From NCBI GenBank assembly GCA_018062205.1, contig JAGOSP010000005.1:1-58230 (forward strand): a DNA stretch of 58,230 bases, given 5' to 3'. Shown here in pieces: positions 9,473 to 17,800 of the stretch. Made by a program: the position numbers and the translations under genes. Below the pieces are notes generated by a model. It was not told the DNA's origin, did not search any database, and worked only from the letters and a program-made list of their open reading frames with translations. This DNA comes from Candidatus Moraniibacteriota bacterium. GTDB taxonomy: Bacteria; Patescibacteriota; Minisyncoccia; Moranbacterales; UBA1568. Each line of letters begins with the position of its first letter. Positions within the stretch are counted from its first letter, which is position 1.

Positions 9473-9862
9473 TTAGGTCTTCTCAGATGCTTTTTTACGA
9501 CCGCTTCCCATAGTCTTTCGAACATTTCCCCGAACTGTTCGAGTATTTGTTTTCGTTCTCTGTCCACGTGACGGGAGATTCTTCTGATGACGCGATCCTC
9601 GATAACAACCAATTTCTTTCAAGCGCTTGATGTTTTGTTTCACTTCATGGCGCAATTCACCTTCGACACGATATTTCTTTTCTACAGCTTCGCGCAGCTT
9701 ATTAGCAACTCCTTCAGTCAGATCCTTCGTACGAATATTACGATCGATATCAAGCTCATCTAAAATTTTCTGACTTGTCGTCCGTCCGATACCATAAATA
9801 TACGTCAACGAAATTTCGATGCGCTTATTATCTGGAATGTTGATACCTGCAATTCTTATCAT
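9473..9862 (-). CDS. rpsM: 30S ribosomal protein S13 (uS13)
   Basis: [30 protein letters not shown]... Confidence 0.95.
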   Translation of the reverse strand: MIRIAGINIPDNKRIEISLTYIYGIGRTTSQKILDELDIDRNIRTKDLTEGVANKLREAVEKKYRVEGELRHEVKQNIKRLKEIGCYRGSRHQKNLPSRGQRTKTNTRTVRGNVRKTMGSGRKKASEKT

Positions 9863-9870
9863 ATGCTTTG

Positions 9871-9984
9871 TTATCCTTGTCGTTGCTTATGCTTCGGGGT
9901 ACTGCAAATCACGCGAATAACACGCTTTCTTTTGATCACCTTGCAGCGTACACAGATTTTTTTTACTGATGGTCTAACCTTCAT
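9871..9984 (-). CDS. rpmJ: 50S ribosomal protein L36 (bL36)
   Basis: Not in the ORF track (37 aa). The minus strand translates to [37 protein letters not shown]. Lies between infA and rpsM as expected. Confidence 0.9.
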   Translation of the reverse strand: MKVRPSVKKICVRCKVIKRKRVIRVICSTPKHKQRQG

Positions 9985-10004
9985 GACTTTAGATTTCCGA
10001 TATT

Positions 10005-10229
10005 TTAAAACTTCAGACGCTGGACAATTCTTCCTTTGGAAAGATCGTACGGACTCATCTCAACCGTCACGCGATCTCCTGGCAACAAACGAATGTAATG
10101 CACTCGTATCTTTCCTGAAATATGCCCGAGGATTTCATGCCCGTTGTCGAGTCGAACGCGAAAAGTCGTTCCTGGGAGTGCTTCTGTCACTTCCCCGTCC
10201 ATACGAATCACGTCCTTTCCATTTCCCAT
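10005..10229 (-). CDS. infA: Translation initiation factor IF-1
   Basis: [33 protein letters not shown]...[18 protein letters not shown]. Confidence 0.95.
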   Translation of the reverse strand: MGNGKDVIRMDGEVTEALPGTTFRVRLDNGHEILGHISGKIRVHYIRLLPGDRVTVEMSPYDLSKGRIVQRLKF

Positions 10230-10387
10230 ACTTTCTTTTATTGCGCTCTCATTTCAGGAGGATACTTCTCAAACAAAACAAAAACAAAGGTGAATATTTT
10301 TCCGAAGCAAACCAACCCTCGTTCCTGAATTGCAGTATGTGGCACCTCTTGCCCTGAACCTATGCGATTTTTCAAAATGTATTGACT

Positions 10388-10415
10388 ATTGTAGCAAAAG
10401 CCAAAGTTTTGTCAA
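10388..10415 (-). promoter_or_regulatory. Putative promoter of the infA-rpmJ-rpsM... operon
   Basis: The minus strand reads TTGACA, a 16-nt spacer, then TACAAT, about 160 nt upstream of infA. Confidence 0.45.
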
Positions 10416-10435
10416 CAGGGGTTCAAAAAAACTCT

Positions 10436-11155
10436 CTACGATCCGAACCGACGCCCCCGCTCTTGATACTCCGCTATGGCTTCAGCAAAGGCCTCTGGAC
10501 CGAAATCTGGGAAAAGTTTTTCAGAAAAGAAGAGTTGTGTATTGGCAATATCCCACATCATAAATCCAGACGAGAGATGCGGCTCGCCCCCCGTTCGAAT
10601 CAAATAATCCACTGGCGGAAGATCTCGTGTCATTAAGTGTTTTTTGATCAGCTCATTGGATACTGGCTCTCCTGGCAACAGTTCTTGACTTACCTTTTCA
10701 AAGGCCAAACGCATTTCATCATCTCCACTATAGGCCAAAAAAAAGTTGAGGAAATACCGATCATACTTCTCGGTTGATTTGATACAATGAGAAAGTACCT
10801 TTTTGAGCGGTTCGGGAAATTGTTCTTCCCAGTGACCAATACACCGAATGCGGGCCTGGTCTGTATGAATTTCCTCGCTCTCTGCCAGTTTGGAAAAATA
10901 CGTTTCGTAGATATGGAGAAGAGCCCGGCTCTCCACGAGCGGTCGTTTGGTAAGATTTTCTATGGAGGAGCCCCAAAAAGAAATCTCACGAATACCCAGG
11001 CGTCTCGCCTCACGTATCAGTCGTTCGGTATTTTCAGCGCCCGCTTCATGTCCCTTCCACGGATCAAGATTCCGTTCGCGAGCCCAGCGACGATTTCCGT
11101 CTGGGATAATAACCACATGATTTGGAAGCGTATTGCCAGTTTGCATGACTTTCAT
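10436..11155 (-). CDS. uppS: Undecaprenyl-diphosphate synthase (cis-prenyltransferase)
   Basis: HVVIIPDGNRRWARERNL and the ...IRTGGEPHLSSGFMMWD... signature. Confidence 0.9.
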   Translation of the reverse strand: MKVMQTGNTLPNHVVIIPDGNRRWARERNLDPWKGHEAGAENTERLIREARRLGIREISFWGSSIENLTKRPLVESRALLHIYETYFSKLAESEEIHTDQARIRCIGHWEEQFPEPLKKVLSHCIKSTEKYDRYFLNFFLAYSGDDEMRLAFEKVSQELLPGEPVSNELIKKHLMTRDLPPVDYLIRTGGEPHLSSGFMMWDIANTQLFFSEKLFPDFGPEAFAEAIAEYQERGRRFGS

Positions 11156-11175
11156 AGTTCAATACCACGTCAAAT

Positions 11176-12252
11176 TTAGTATTCTCGCTCCGCCATATAA
11201 TCAGCGATAGCCTCAAAAAAGTCAAACGAACGCGGAGGCAAAATCCCCCGTACTCCCTCTAATACCTGTTTACCGTCTTGAATGTAATGCCGCGCGACTT
11301 CTTGTGCTCGCACCAGTGATTTTGTCTCAACAAGAAGATTTCTGAAACGTTCTATATCCTCCAGAGTTACGCCTGTACCCAAAGACAAAATGCGCCGTAA
11401 TTCTTGCTGCTGCTCATGCGTACCTTGTTCAAGAGCATAGGCAACCAAAAGAGTCAGTTTACCCTCCTGAATGTCTGACCCAACTGGTTTGCCAATTTTT
11501 AACTCCGAACCAAATACGCCGAGAATGTCATCTTGGATCTGAAAAGCGATGCCGAGTGGTAAAGCATACCCACTCAGCGTATCCACGAGAGGCCCCTCGT
11601 CTCCCGCAAGCAGCAGCCCCATCTGAATAGGTCGCTCCATGGTGTACCGAGCGGTTTTGTTCTTGTACATTTTCAAAATTTCTTCTTCAGTAGCATCCCT
11701 CTTGTACTCCATGTAAATATCCTGAGCCTGTCCAATAACAGTATACGATACTACTGACTGAAGTCGAGAGAGAGCTTCAAATATCCGCTCCTGAGGGAAG
11801 GGGGCCCGAAAGATAATATCATTACTCATTGCCGAGAGAAGATCGCCTACAATGAGCGCAATTGAATTCCCAAAATGCTCGACATCTCGGTCGGGAAAAT
11901 ATTTTCGACCAAACTCAGCATATTGTCGATGCAAGGTTGGCTTTCCATGTCGAAAATCATCTCGGTCAATAATATCATCATGCACCAGAAGAAACGTGTG
12001 CAGCAATTCAATCGATACTGCTGTTTCAAGAATTGCTTCCTCGTCAGTACCACCGCCAGCCAAATAACCGTAAAACATACAGGCTGGTCTCAATCTTTTC
12101 CCTCCCGAGAGAGTCAGATTACGAACATGCCGCAATGCCTCGGTAATGAGCAAATCTTCTTCTTTTGCATTGGCTTCGACCGTATCAAAATACGCGCTGA
12201 TTTTTGGATCGAAGCGCGCCTTAAAATCACGAAGTAGTATTTGAACATCCAT
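11176..12252 (-). CDS. trans-Polyprenyl diphosphate synthase (FPP/GGPP-synthase family)
   Basis: Two Asp-rich motifs: LLVHDDIIDRDDFRHG and FQIQDDILG. Confidence 0.88.
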   Translation of the reverse strand: MDVQILLRDFKARFDPKISAYFDTVEANAKEEDLLITEALRHVRNLTLSGGKRLRPACMFYGYLAGGGTDEEAILETAVSIELLHTFLLVHDDIIDRDDFRHGKPTLHRQYAEFGRKYFPDRDVEHFGNSIALIVGDLLSAMSNDIIFRAPFPQERIFEALSRLQSVVSYTVIGQAQDIYMEYKRDATEEEILKMYKNKTARYTMERPIQMGLLLAGDEGPLVDTLSGYALPLGIAFQIQDDILGVFGSELKIGKPVGSDIQEGKLTLLVAYALEQGTHEQQQELRRILSLGTGVTLEDIERFRNLLVETKSLVRAQEVARHYIQDGKQVLEGVRGILPPRSFDFFEAIADYMAEREY

Positions 12253-12372
12253 ATATTCTCACTCAATCGTCACGCTCGCATTGTAGCAAAATACCCTGTC
12301 TGACGGAAGGTTCAGCAAAGAAAGCCCTATCCGCGTTCATCAAGGCACCTATACAGATAAACACATTATAAC

Positions 12373-12422
12373 GCAAAAAGAAAACCCGCTAGGACACGCG
12401 ATGCAATCGTATCCTAAGCGGG
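12373..12422 (-). terminator. Intrinsic terminator after the 12442-12762 gene
   Basis: The minus strand shows a CCCGCTTAGGA...TCCTAGCGGG stem followed by TTTTCTTTTT. Confidence 0.6.
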
Positions 12423-12441
12423 CAGCAAACAATCACCCTCC

Positions 12442-12762
12442 CTACTTTGCCATCTCACGCAGAGCAAGGTCCCTGATTTCATAGTCCAGAAAAAGACCAT
12501 TGTCACATCGGTATTGCTTGTACACAACACCACCTTGACGCCCGCGTGAAACGGCAATGTGATCAATATGTTCACAATGATGTGCGCTCAAGTACTCAGA
12601 GTAAGCATGAGTCTTCCTCTGACTATTTCTCTTTGCGTCTGGAAAAATCAAGTTAAGCAAAAGCAAACCAGCACCCATGAACGCACCTAATGCCATCAAC
12701 AGCAGCAGTAGAAAGGCGGGCAGTGGTGCTTCTTCAAGTTTATTTGTAAACATAGTAAACAC
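12442..12762 (-). CDS. Hypothetical single-pass membrane protein (106 aa)
   Basis: N-terminal TM segment (LPAFLLLLLMALGAFMGAGLLLLNLIF), with a terminator downstream. Confidence 0.55.
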   Translation of the reverse strand: MFTMFTNKLEEAPLPAFLLLLLMALGAFMGAGLLLLNLIFPDAKRNSQRKTHAYSEYLSAHHCEHIDHIAVSRGRQGGVVYKQYRCDNGLFLDYEIRDLALREMAK

Positions 12763-12892
12763 AATAGGCTCCTTTGGTTCTGGTTGTGAAAAAACTCAAA
12801 ATTAGCTGTGTACCATACACTAAAAAACAGCACCACTCACACTAGGGTATATCTACTAAAAAAGCAAGAATGTGCAGGCTGGGCAAGAAGCT

Positions 12893-13639
12893 TCACTCAC
12901 GCTCATCAGAAAACGTAAAATAGTCCCGATACCGATGATAGAGAGCGAGCGTGGCCTGAAGATCACGCGCATTATACCGAGCAATTTCTTGGTATTTTCC
13001 TTCTTTGAAAAGTCGCCGCACATCATCACCTGTGACCCCCTGACTCTTCGGGCTCTCGATACCGAAAGCTCGTGTCCAGAGATGGAGACTCCCCTTCCGC
13101 CGTACCGATCCATAAAATGAGAGCTGATCAAACAAATCAATATGCTTGGCATTCCAAGGCTGGGAATTCAAATAGCGATTGGCCATGAGATTCTTCGTCG
13201 GCTTCACCCCGTGCACTGCCGAACGAGTCCACAAGAAAGGAACATCGAAAGCGCGACCATTGAATGTCACAAACGTATCATATTTCGTTGCAATATCCCA
13301 AAACCTGGACAACATGTCTTTCTCTAACAATGCCTCATATTTACAATGCTCCTCTTCAAATATTTTTTCTCCCTTCCCGTTTGGCTGATAGTAGACCGCT
13401 GCTTTCTCGCGCTCCACATCCAGGACACCCATAGCCACGATCTGTCCGGTCAGCGGTGAGAATCCAAGACCATCTTCCAAATCCCGAAGCTGTGTTTCAT
13501 ACTCTGTTTCAGAATATGACTCACGTTTAATCCAGCGAGTCAGACTTTCTTTTGTCGTCTCATCCATCGCACTAAAATCTTCCCCAACGGTTTCGATATC
13601 AAAAATAAGGGTGGGCATAGAGCTGAAAACAAATATCAT
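12893..13639 (-). CDS. RNase H-fold 3'-5' exonuclease related to the PolB exonuclease domain
   Basis: LIFDIETVG (Exo I), VTFNGRAFDVPFL (Exo II), and HIDLFD...YNARDLQAT (Exo III-like). Confidence 0.75.
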   Translation of the reverse strand: MIFVFSSMPTLIFDIETVGEDFSAMDETTKESLTRWIKRESYSETEYETQLRDLEDGLGFSPLTGQIVAMGVLDVEREKAAVYYQPNGKGEKIFEEEHCKYEALLEKDMLSRFWDIATKYDTFVTFNGRAFDVPFLWTRSAVHGVKPTKNLMANRYLNSQPWNAKHIDLFDQLSFYGSVRRKGSLHLWTRAFGIESPKSQGVTGDDVRRLFKEGKYQEIARYNARDLQATLALYHRYRDYFTFSDERE

Positions 13640-13681
13640 TTCTTCTCATAAATATAGCGGGTATCTGCCAGTATCGCACTA

Positions 13682-13710
13682 TTGCATATTTGTACAATGT
13701 ATGCTATAAT
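13682..13710 (+). promoter_or_regulatory. Putative promoter of the 13776-14048 gene
   Basis: TTGCAT, a 17-nt spacer, then TATAAT. Confidence 0.45.
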
Positions 13711-13775
13711 AAAAAAGGTAATCGTACCAAACTCCGTCCGGGAGAAAATCCGGATTTTTCAGAAGGAGAGTCGTT

Positions 13776-14048
13776 GTGGAAACTCTGGTTCTTTTGTCTG
13801 TTTTTGCTTGCGGTGCCATTGCCGGCGGCTCGGCGAAGATTAACCCGCACGGCGTCCCCCAGCGAGGTCCCAATCTGTTCTGGGGCATAGTTGCGAGTGG
13901 CATCAGTTTTCTCACTCTGGTAGGGGGAATCGACACCCCTCCGATTGAGTTCATGCTGCTCAGCGGACTTGTTTTCGTTTTGGCCATCCTGGCTGGCATA
14001 CCGTTTGCCTGGATGTGCCGAGGAAGGAATCCGTCCATTAGTGATTAA
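13776..14048 (+). CDS. Small membrane protein (90 aa, GTG start)
   Basis: AAGGAGAG RBS before the GTG start. About 3 hydrophobic helices, with a terminator downstream. Confidence 0.55.
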   Translation: METLVLLSVFACGAIAGGSAKINPHGVPQRGPNLFWGIVASGISFLTLVGGIDTPPIEFMLLSGLVFVLAILAGIPFAWMCRGRNPSISD

Positions 14049-14067
14049 ACGAGACAAAAACACCCTA

Positions 14068-14101
14068 CCCGGTCCCCCCCCAAAAGGACCGGGCGCTTTT
14101 T
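14068..14101. terminator. Hairpin terminator between convergent genes (likely bidirectional)
   Basis: CCCGGTCC-cccccaaaa-GGACCGGG followed by CGCTTTTT. On the opposite strand it is followed by GTGTTTTTG. Confidence 0.6.
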
Positions 14102-14184
14102 ATCCAAAAAAAGAAGGGTATCAATGGGACATGCTCTCACATGTACCAGATACCCTCTCAAAATTCTGAACCTTCGGCACTCAG

Positions 14185-14940
14185 TCAGCGATGTGCCTCC
14201 ATGGCAGCTCTCAGACGACCCCAATTATATTTCGGTTTCCAAACGACGCGCCCCTCGGCAATCGCCTGCGCCACCAGCGGATCATCCTGCTGATACTGAG
14301 GTGTCTCGCGTTCGATAACCCCCAGAATAGGAATTTCCTTATCATCCGACCCCAGAAATTCCGCCCTGAAAGGAAAGGATCGATTGATGGCGCAGAGGAT
14401 ACTAATGACCTGTCCCTTGGCCTGTTCGACAAGTTGTATGAGTGTACCGGTTGTACTCGCATTATTCACCAGCTCTTCACCGATAAACACCGAGGCTCCG
14501 GATTCGATAGCCCCCTCATATCGACCCAAGATAAGGCGCCCATCACCTGTCTTCTCGGCAAAAATCTGCCGGCACCCGATCTGCCGCGCTACTTCCTGAA
14601 AAAATTTCACTCCGGCCCACGGCGCCCCGATGATGATATCCGGAACCAAATTGGCTTCCCGCAACCGCTGCACCATCCGAAACGCAAAATATTCGAGCAC
14701 TGCCGGCCACATATCGGCCATGGCGAAATCGTAATACTCCAGGCCGACCCAGTGAAGTCCGGGTGCATACTTTTTGGTGTAACCAACAATCGGGCCAATC
14801 GGTATTCCGTTGGCGTCAACTGGACAACAGTAATACCCCTGGCAATTCCTGAGTATCTGAAAGGCATTCCCATCGGGCACGAGCAAGTGGGATCCATCTC
14901 TCTGATACGATTCGGAGCACGGTAGAATGATTCTGCTCAT
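14185..14940 (-). CDS. Phosphoribosyltransferase-like protein (type I PRT fold, atypical PRPP loop)
   Basis: VFIGEELVNNASTTGTL resembles the PRPP-binding loop, with EE in place of the usual DD. DIIIGAPWAGVKFFQEVA resembles the PRT hood/loop region. Confidence 0.6.
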   Translation of the reverse strand: MSRIILPCSESYQRDGSHLLVPDGNAFQILRNCQGYYCCPVDANGIPIGPIVGYTKKYAPGLHWVGLEYYDFAMADMWPAVLEYFAFRMVQRLREANLVPDIIIGAPWAGVKFFQEVARQIGCRQIFAEKTGDGRLILGRYEGAIESGASVFIGEELVNNASTTGTLIQLVEQAKGQVISILCAINRSFPFRAEFLGSDDKEIPILGVIERETPQYQQDDPLVAQAIAEGRVVWKPKYNWGRLRAAMEAHR

Positions 14941-15034
14941 AAACTACTCCCTCTCTCGGTTGTTAACGTGCAAAAAAACCAGATCGAGCTGGTTTTTGAG
15001 AGTAACATATGGTTTTGAGTCTATCAAACCACTA

Positions 15035-15469
15035 TTAATGAAGCGTCTCGCCCGTAGGAGTGCTCGCGATATCCACGGCATGCGGATATGCCTTTCGAAA
15101 AGCAGCAACAAAAACAGACAGAGCAGTATCGTCTGCGATAATTGATGGTAAATTTTCTGGATGCTCGTATTGGGCGACAATCAGGTCTCCTCTTTGATGG
15201 ATTTTTTCGAGAGGGAATTGCAAGAGATATATTTCCAAAGCAGATTGCCCGGCCGCTGAACTCAACCACTTGCGGAAATTTCCAGAATCATGAGTGATCC
15301 AAGACACCATATCGCTCCCTTCAACTAAAACGATACAAATTTGTAGCTCATTACCGATCTCCTCCAATTCACTCGCTTCGTATTCACGCGGGTGTTCTGA
15401 TTGTCTGCCCCCTGTTACTGGTGTCTCAAAAGATATGCCTGATTCCATATACGTAGTGAAATTTTCCAA
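15035..15469 (-). CDS. Hypothetical protein (144 aa)
   Basis: ORF co-directional with the PRT-like gene 94 nt downstream of it. No recognisable motif. Confidence 0.45.
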   Translation of the reverse strand: MENFTTYMESGISFETPVTGGRQSEHPREYEASELEEIGNELQICIVLVEGSDMVSWITHDSGNFRKWLSSAAGQSALEIYLLQFPLEKIHQRGDLIVAQYEHPENLPSIIADDTALSVFVAAFRKAYPHAVDIASTPTGETLH

Positions 15470-15696
15470 TTACTCCCCTCCAGTATAAGACTTTTCCAAT
15501 TGAAAAACAAAAAATCCCGAGAATAAATCTCGAGACTTTTTCGTTTATCAGTAGCCCAAGTAAGAAATGCTTGGAACCAGCTTATCCCAGAGCTGAGAGA
15601 GTGGCAGTTGTTTGCTAGAAGCTTATAGGATAGGCTATTTTCGCTGTATCTCAGCGTTACAGTAACTACCACAAGGGAGTGAGATAGGGATAAATG

Positions 15697-15735
15697 GAAA
15701 AGAAAAAAGGCTACCGGGTTTAGAACCAAGTAGCC
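15697..15735 (-). terminator. Intrinsic terminator of the 15793-16791 gene
   Basis: The minus strand shows a GGCTAC-15 nt-GTAGCC hairpin followed by TTTTTTCTTT. Confidence 0.55.
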
Positions 15736-15792
15736 AATTGTGTGCGGGAGTCCCGCGGCCGTACACTGGTTGGGTAAGTGACGGTGGCGACG

Positions 15793-16791
15793 CTAGGCTG
15801 CAAGCAGTTCGGCGAACCGCTTTTTCCATTCGCCGCTATTCTGCCATTCGTAGCCCCGCGAGGGAAGGAACGGCTCGAACTCGACTTCTTCGTCGGACTG
15901 AACCACTCGTCCAACTGGCCCGCACTGGAACTCGGGGTACCGCTTCTTGAGAACCGGGATGACGCAGGTGTGCATCACCTGACTGAAGCCGGTATGCGAG
16001 AAGTAGCTGACCCCTGGGAACAGAGCCGAGACGAGCGGCATGAGCGACTCAATCTTCTGATCTTCGGTGGTGAGAACGGGTGGCACCACGCCGGTGACCA
16101 GCCACCAAAGAACTGCCTTCTTGATCTTGAGGGCGGTGATAGTCGACAGGATGATCTCTGTGGTGATCACGCCACCTTCCACCAGCCGATCCAGGCACTC
16201 CAGGTTCGCGAGATGGCCATGGCAAGCACCAATCTTGACCTGAACCCGATCCGGTTCATGGGACCGATAGTCAAGTCGTGCACCATGAGCGAACATGCCG
16301 ACCACGCGCTCACCCGCTTCCTTGGTTTGGACGAACGCCGCGATGTTGTGGTACAGCGCCCGTTCTCCGCCGCAGACGAAGCAGCCGGGGGTTGTTTCCA
16401 TGCCGATGCCACGCGAACGGAAGTACTCGCCACCGCCATCCGGTCGCCGATCAGCCGTGCCATGTGCTGGGATACCGCGCCGCGGATGTACACGAAGCTT
16501 GGGATAGGCAATGCCGTACTTCGTGCCTAAGCCAATAGTCGAGCGGTGTTTTCCTTCCGCCAGAATCACCGACGTCTTGCTGCACTCGCCGCAGGACCAC
16601 ATTGCCGCTCCTCCCGCTTGAATCGTGGACGATCCGCTGCGGAAACCGCAATAAGGGCAACCAAACTCGGTTACTTCGGTATGGACAACCGCCAGAATGC
16701 TCTGCTCGATTGCAGACAGCATGGTGCCGAGCGCACCTGCATCATGCCACCGCACCCAGAACCGTTGGTCACGTACTTGGCTCAGGTTCAT
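15793..16791 (-). CDS. Orphan G+C-rich protein with several Cys-pair (zinc-ribbon-like) motifs (about 332 aa)
   Basis: GGAG lies 6 nt before the ATG at 16791 (MNLSQV...). Motifs CPYCG...CGEC and CFVCGG...ACHGH...LEC. Has its own promoter-like element (16863-16891) and terminator. Confidence 0.6.
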   Translation of the reverse strand: MNLSQVRDQRFWVRWHDAGALGTMLSAIEQSILAVVHTEVTEFGCPYCGFRSGSSTIQAGGAAMWSCGECSKTSVILAEGKHRSTIGLGTKYGIAYPKLRVHPRRGIPAHGTADRRPDGGGEYFRSRGIGMETTPGCFVCGGERALYHNIAAFVQTKEAGERVVGMFAHGARLDYRSHEPDRVQVKIGACHGHLANLECLDRLVEGGVITTEIILSTITALKIKKAVLWWLVTGVVPPVLTTEDQKIESLMPLVSALFPGVSYFSHTGFSQVMHTCVIPVLKKRYPEFQCGPVGRVVQSDEEVEFEPFLPSRGYEWQNSGEWKKRFAELLAA

Positions 16792-16902
16792 CACCGTCTC
16801 CTCAAAGGACTCCTCCTGTTTCGTCGGAGGTAACACGATTGCCGTAAACTTACGGAAATAATAAAATAGCACGAATGTGCTATTGAGTCAATGCTTCTAA
16901 GC

Positions 16903-16929
16903 ACAAAAAAAGAGGCTCGCTCAAGCCTC
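16903..16929 (-). terminator. Intrinsic terminator downstream of tRNA-Glu
   Basis: The minus strand shows a GAGGCT-tgagcg-AGCCTC hairpin followed by TTTTTTTG. Confidence 0.55.
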
Positions 16930-16948
16930 AATGCTGATGATTTATGTG

Positions 16949-17020
16949 TAGCCCTAAGGGGAATCGAACCCCTATTTCCTCCGTGAGAGGGAGATGTCCT
17001 AACCGTTAGACGATAGGGCC
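16949..17020 (-). tRNA. tRNA-Glu (anticodon CUC)
   Basis: The minus strand folds as a cloverleaf: acceptor GGCCCTA/TAGGGCT (G1:U72), D-arm GTC-TAACGGTTAG-GAC, anticodon loop CTCTCAC, T-arm AGGGG-TTCGATT-CCCCT. No encoded CCA. Confidence 0.85.
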
Positions 17021-17054
17021 ATACTTCGCTAAAGCTTCGTAATGGCAGGCCATA

Positions 17055-17303
17055 CTACTTCTTGTATTTTTCCATTCTCATAAACCTTTTATAAGCAAAT
17101 GCCTTCCCTGATCCCGTTTTGAGATATTTTTCAAAATCTTTCGCTAAACCCTCTTCTTCAAAAGCAATATAACACGCTAATCTCCAAGGTATGTACGGCT
17201 TGGTTGCTTGTGACTCACCTCTATTGTGCTGCAGTACTCTTCTCCGCAAATCTTGCGTAGACCCATAGTAAAACTATACAAAATATACGCATAGTACATA
17301 CAT
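17055..17303 (-). pseudogene. GIY-YIG nuclease family gene (UPF0213-like, about 82 codons) with an in-frame TAG at codon 10
   Basis: Minus-strand translation is MYVLCVYFV*FYYGSTQDLRRRVLQHNRGESQATKPYIPWRLACYIAFEEEGLAKDFEKYLKTGSGKAFAYKRF. The GIY...YIG spacing and the HN-G-S-TK..PW motif are typical. The TAG is at 17274-17276. Confidence 0.6.
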
Positions 17304-17346
17304 AATATCTTAAGCGAAGCTGTTCTGTAGCTTTAGCGAAAGACAG

Positions 17347-17417
17347 CAGGGGTGGTAGGAATCGAACCTACGCAAAGGGTTTTGGAGACCCTTGTACTGC
17401 CACTATACGACACCCCC
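17347..17417 (-). tRNA. tRNA-Trp (anticodon CCA)
   Basis: Cloverleaf on the minus strand: acceptor GGGGGTG/CACCCCT, anticodon stem-loop AGGGT-CTCCAAA-ACCCT, T-arm GTAGG-TTCGATT-CCTAC, discriminator G. Confidence 0.85.
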
Positions 17418-17568
17418 AGTTTTATTTTTCTCTTAATCGCTTAAGCAACATACTGTAAGCTGAAGCAAATTGTTTTAAGCTTCTTTCCCTTTCTTTAGCC
17501 AGCCCCTTCGTAGGATAAGCCTCATAATAGAGTAAGTCAAAAAAAGTAATCCCCCCAAACCGCTACGA

Positions 17569-17596
17569 ACAAAAATCCCGACAACGTATCGGGATT
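17569..17596 (-). terminator. Intrinsic terminator after rpmG
   Basis: The minus strand shows an ATCCCGA-tacgttg-TCGGGAT hairpin followed by TTTTTG. Confidence 0.55.
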
Positions 17597-17638
17597 CCGG
17601 TCTTGTTCACCCCAAACGTCACATTCCAAATAGACAAG

Positions 17639-17800
17639 CTATTTCTTTTCAGCGTGAGTGGTGTGCTTACGACAGAACTTGCAATGCTTATTCATTTCAA
17701 GCTTCTCTTTGACCTTCTTCTTGTTGCGCTGGGTATAGTACGTGATATTCCCACACTCCGAGCACTTCAGCTTCGCCATGTTGTCTTTAATACTTCCCAT
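17639..17800 (-). CDS. rpmG: 50S ribosomal protein L33 (bL33)
   Basis: Not in the ORF track. The minus strand translates to (MGSIKDN)MAKLKCSECGNITYYTQRNKKKVKEKLEMNKHCKFCRKHTTHAEKK, with the CxxC...CxxC zinc knuckles of bL33. An alternative start is at 17779. Confidence 0.85.
   Translation of the reverse strand: MGSIKDNMAKLKCSECGNITYYTQRNKKKVKEKLEMNKHCKFCRKHTTHAEKK

Noticed and set aside
13640-13700. Direct repeat of the tRNA-Glu 3' end, which would mark the far boundary (att site) of the G+C-rich block.
   Set aside because: No copy of the GTAGCCCTAAGGGGAATCGAACC segment, or a substantial part of it, is visible at the left edge of the block. The island hypothesis therefore rests on composition and context only.
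14191-14925. 244-aa plus-strand ORF antisense to the PRT-like gene, and similar long ORFs at 15778-16530 (+), 16167-16511 (-) and 16278-16538 (+).
   Set aside because: They lie in locally G+C-rich DNA where stop codons are rare. Their translations are Arg/Pro/Gly-rich with no motifs, whereas the opposite-strand frames carry recognisable motifs, RBSs and terminators.
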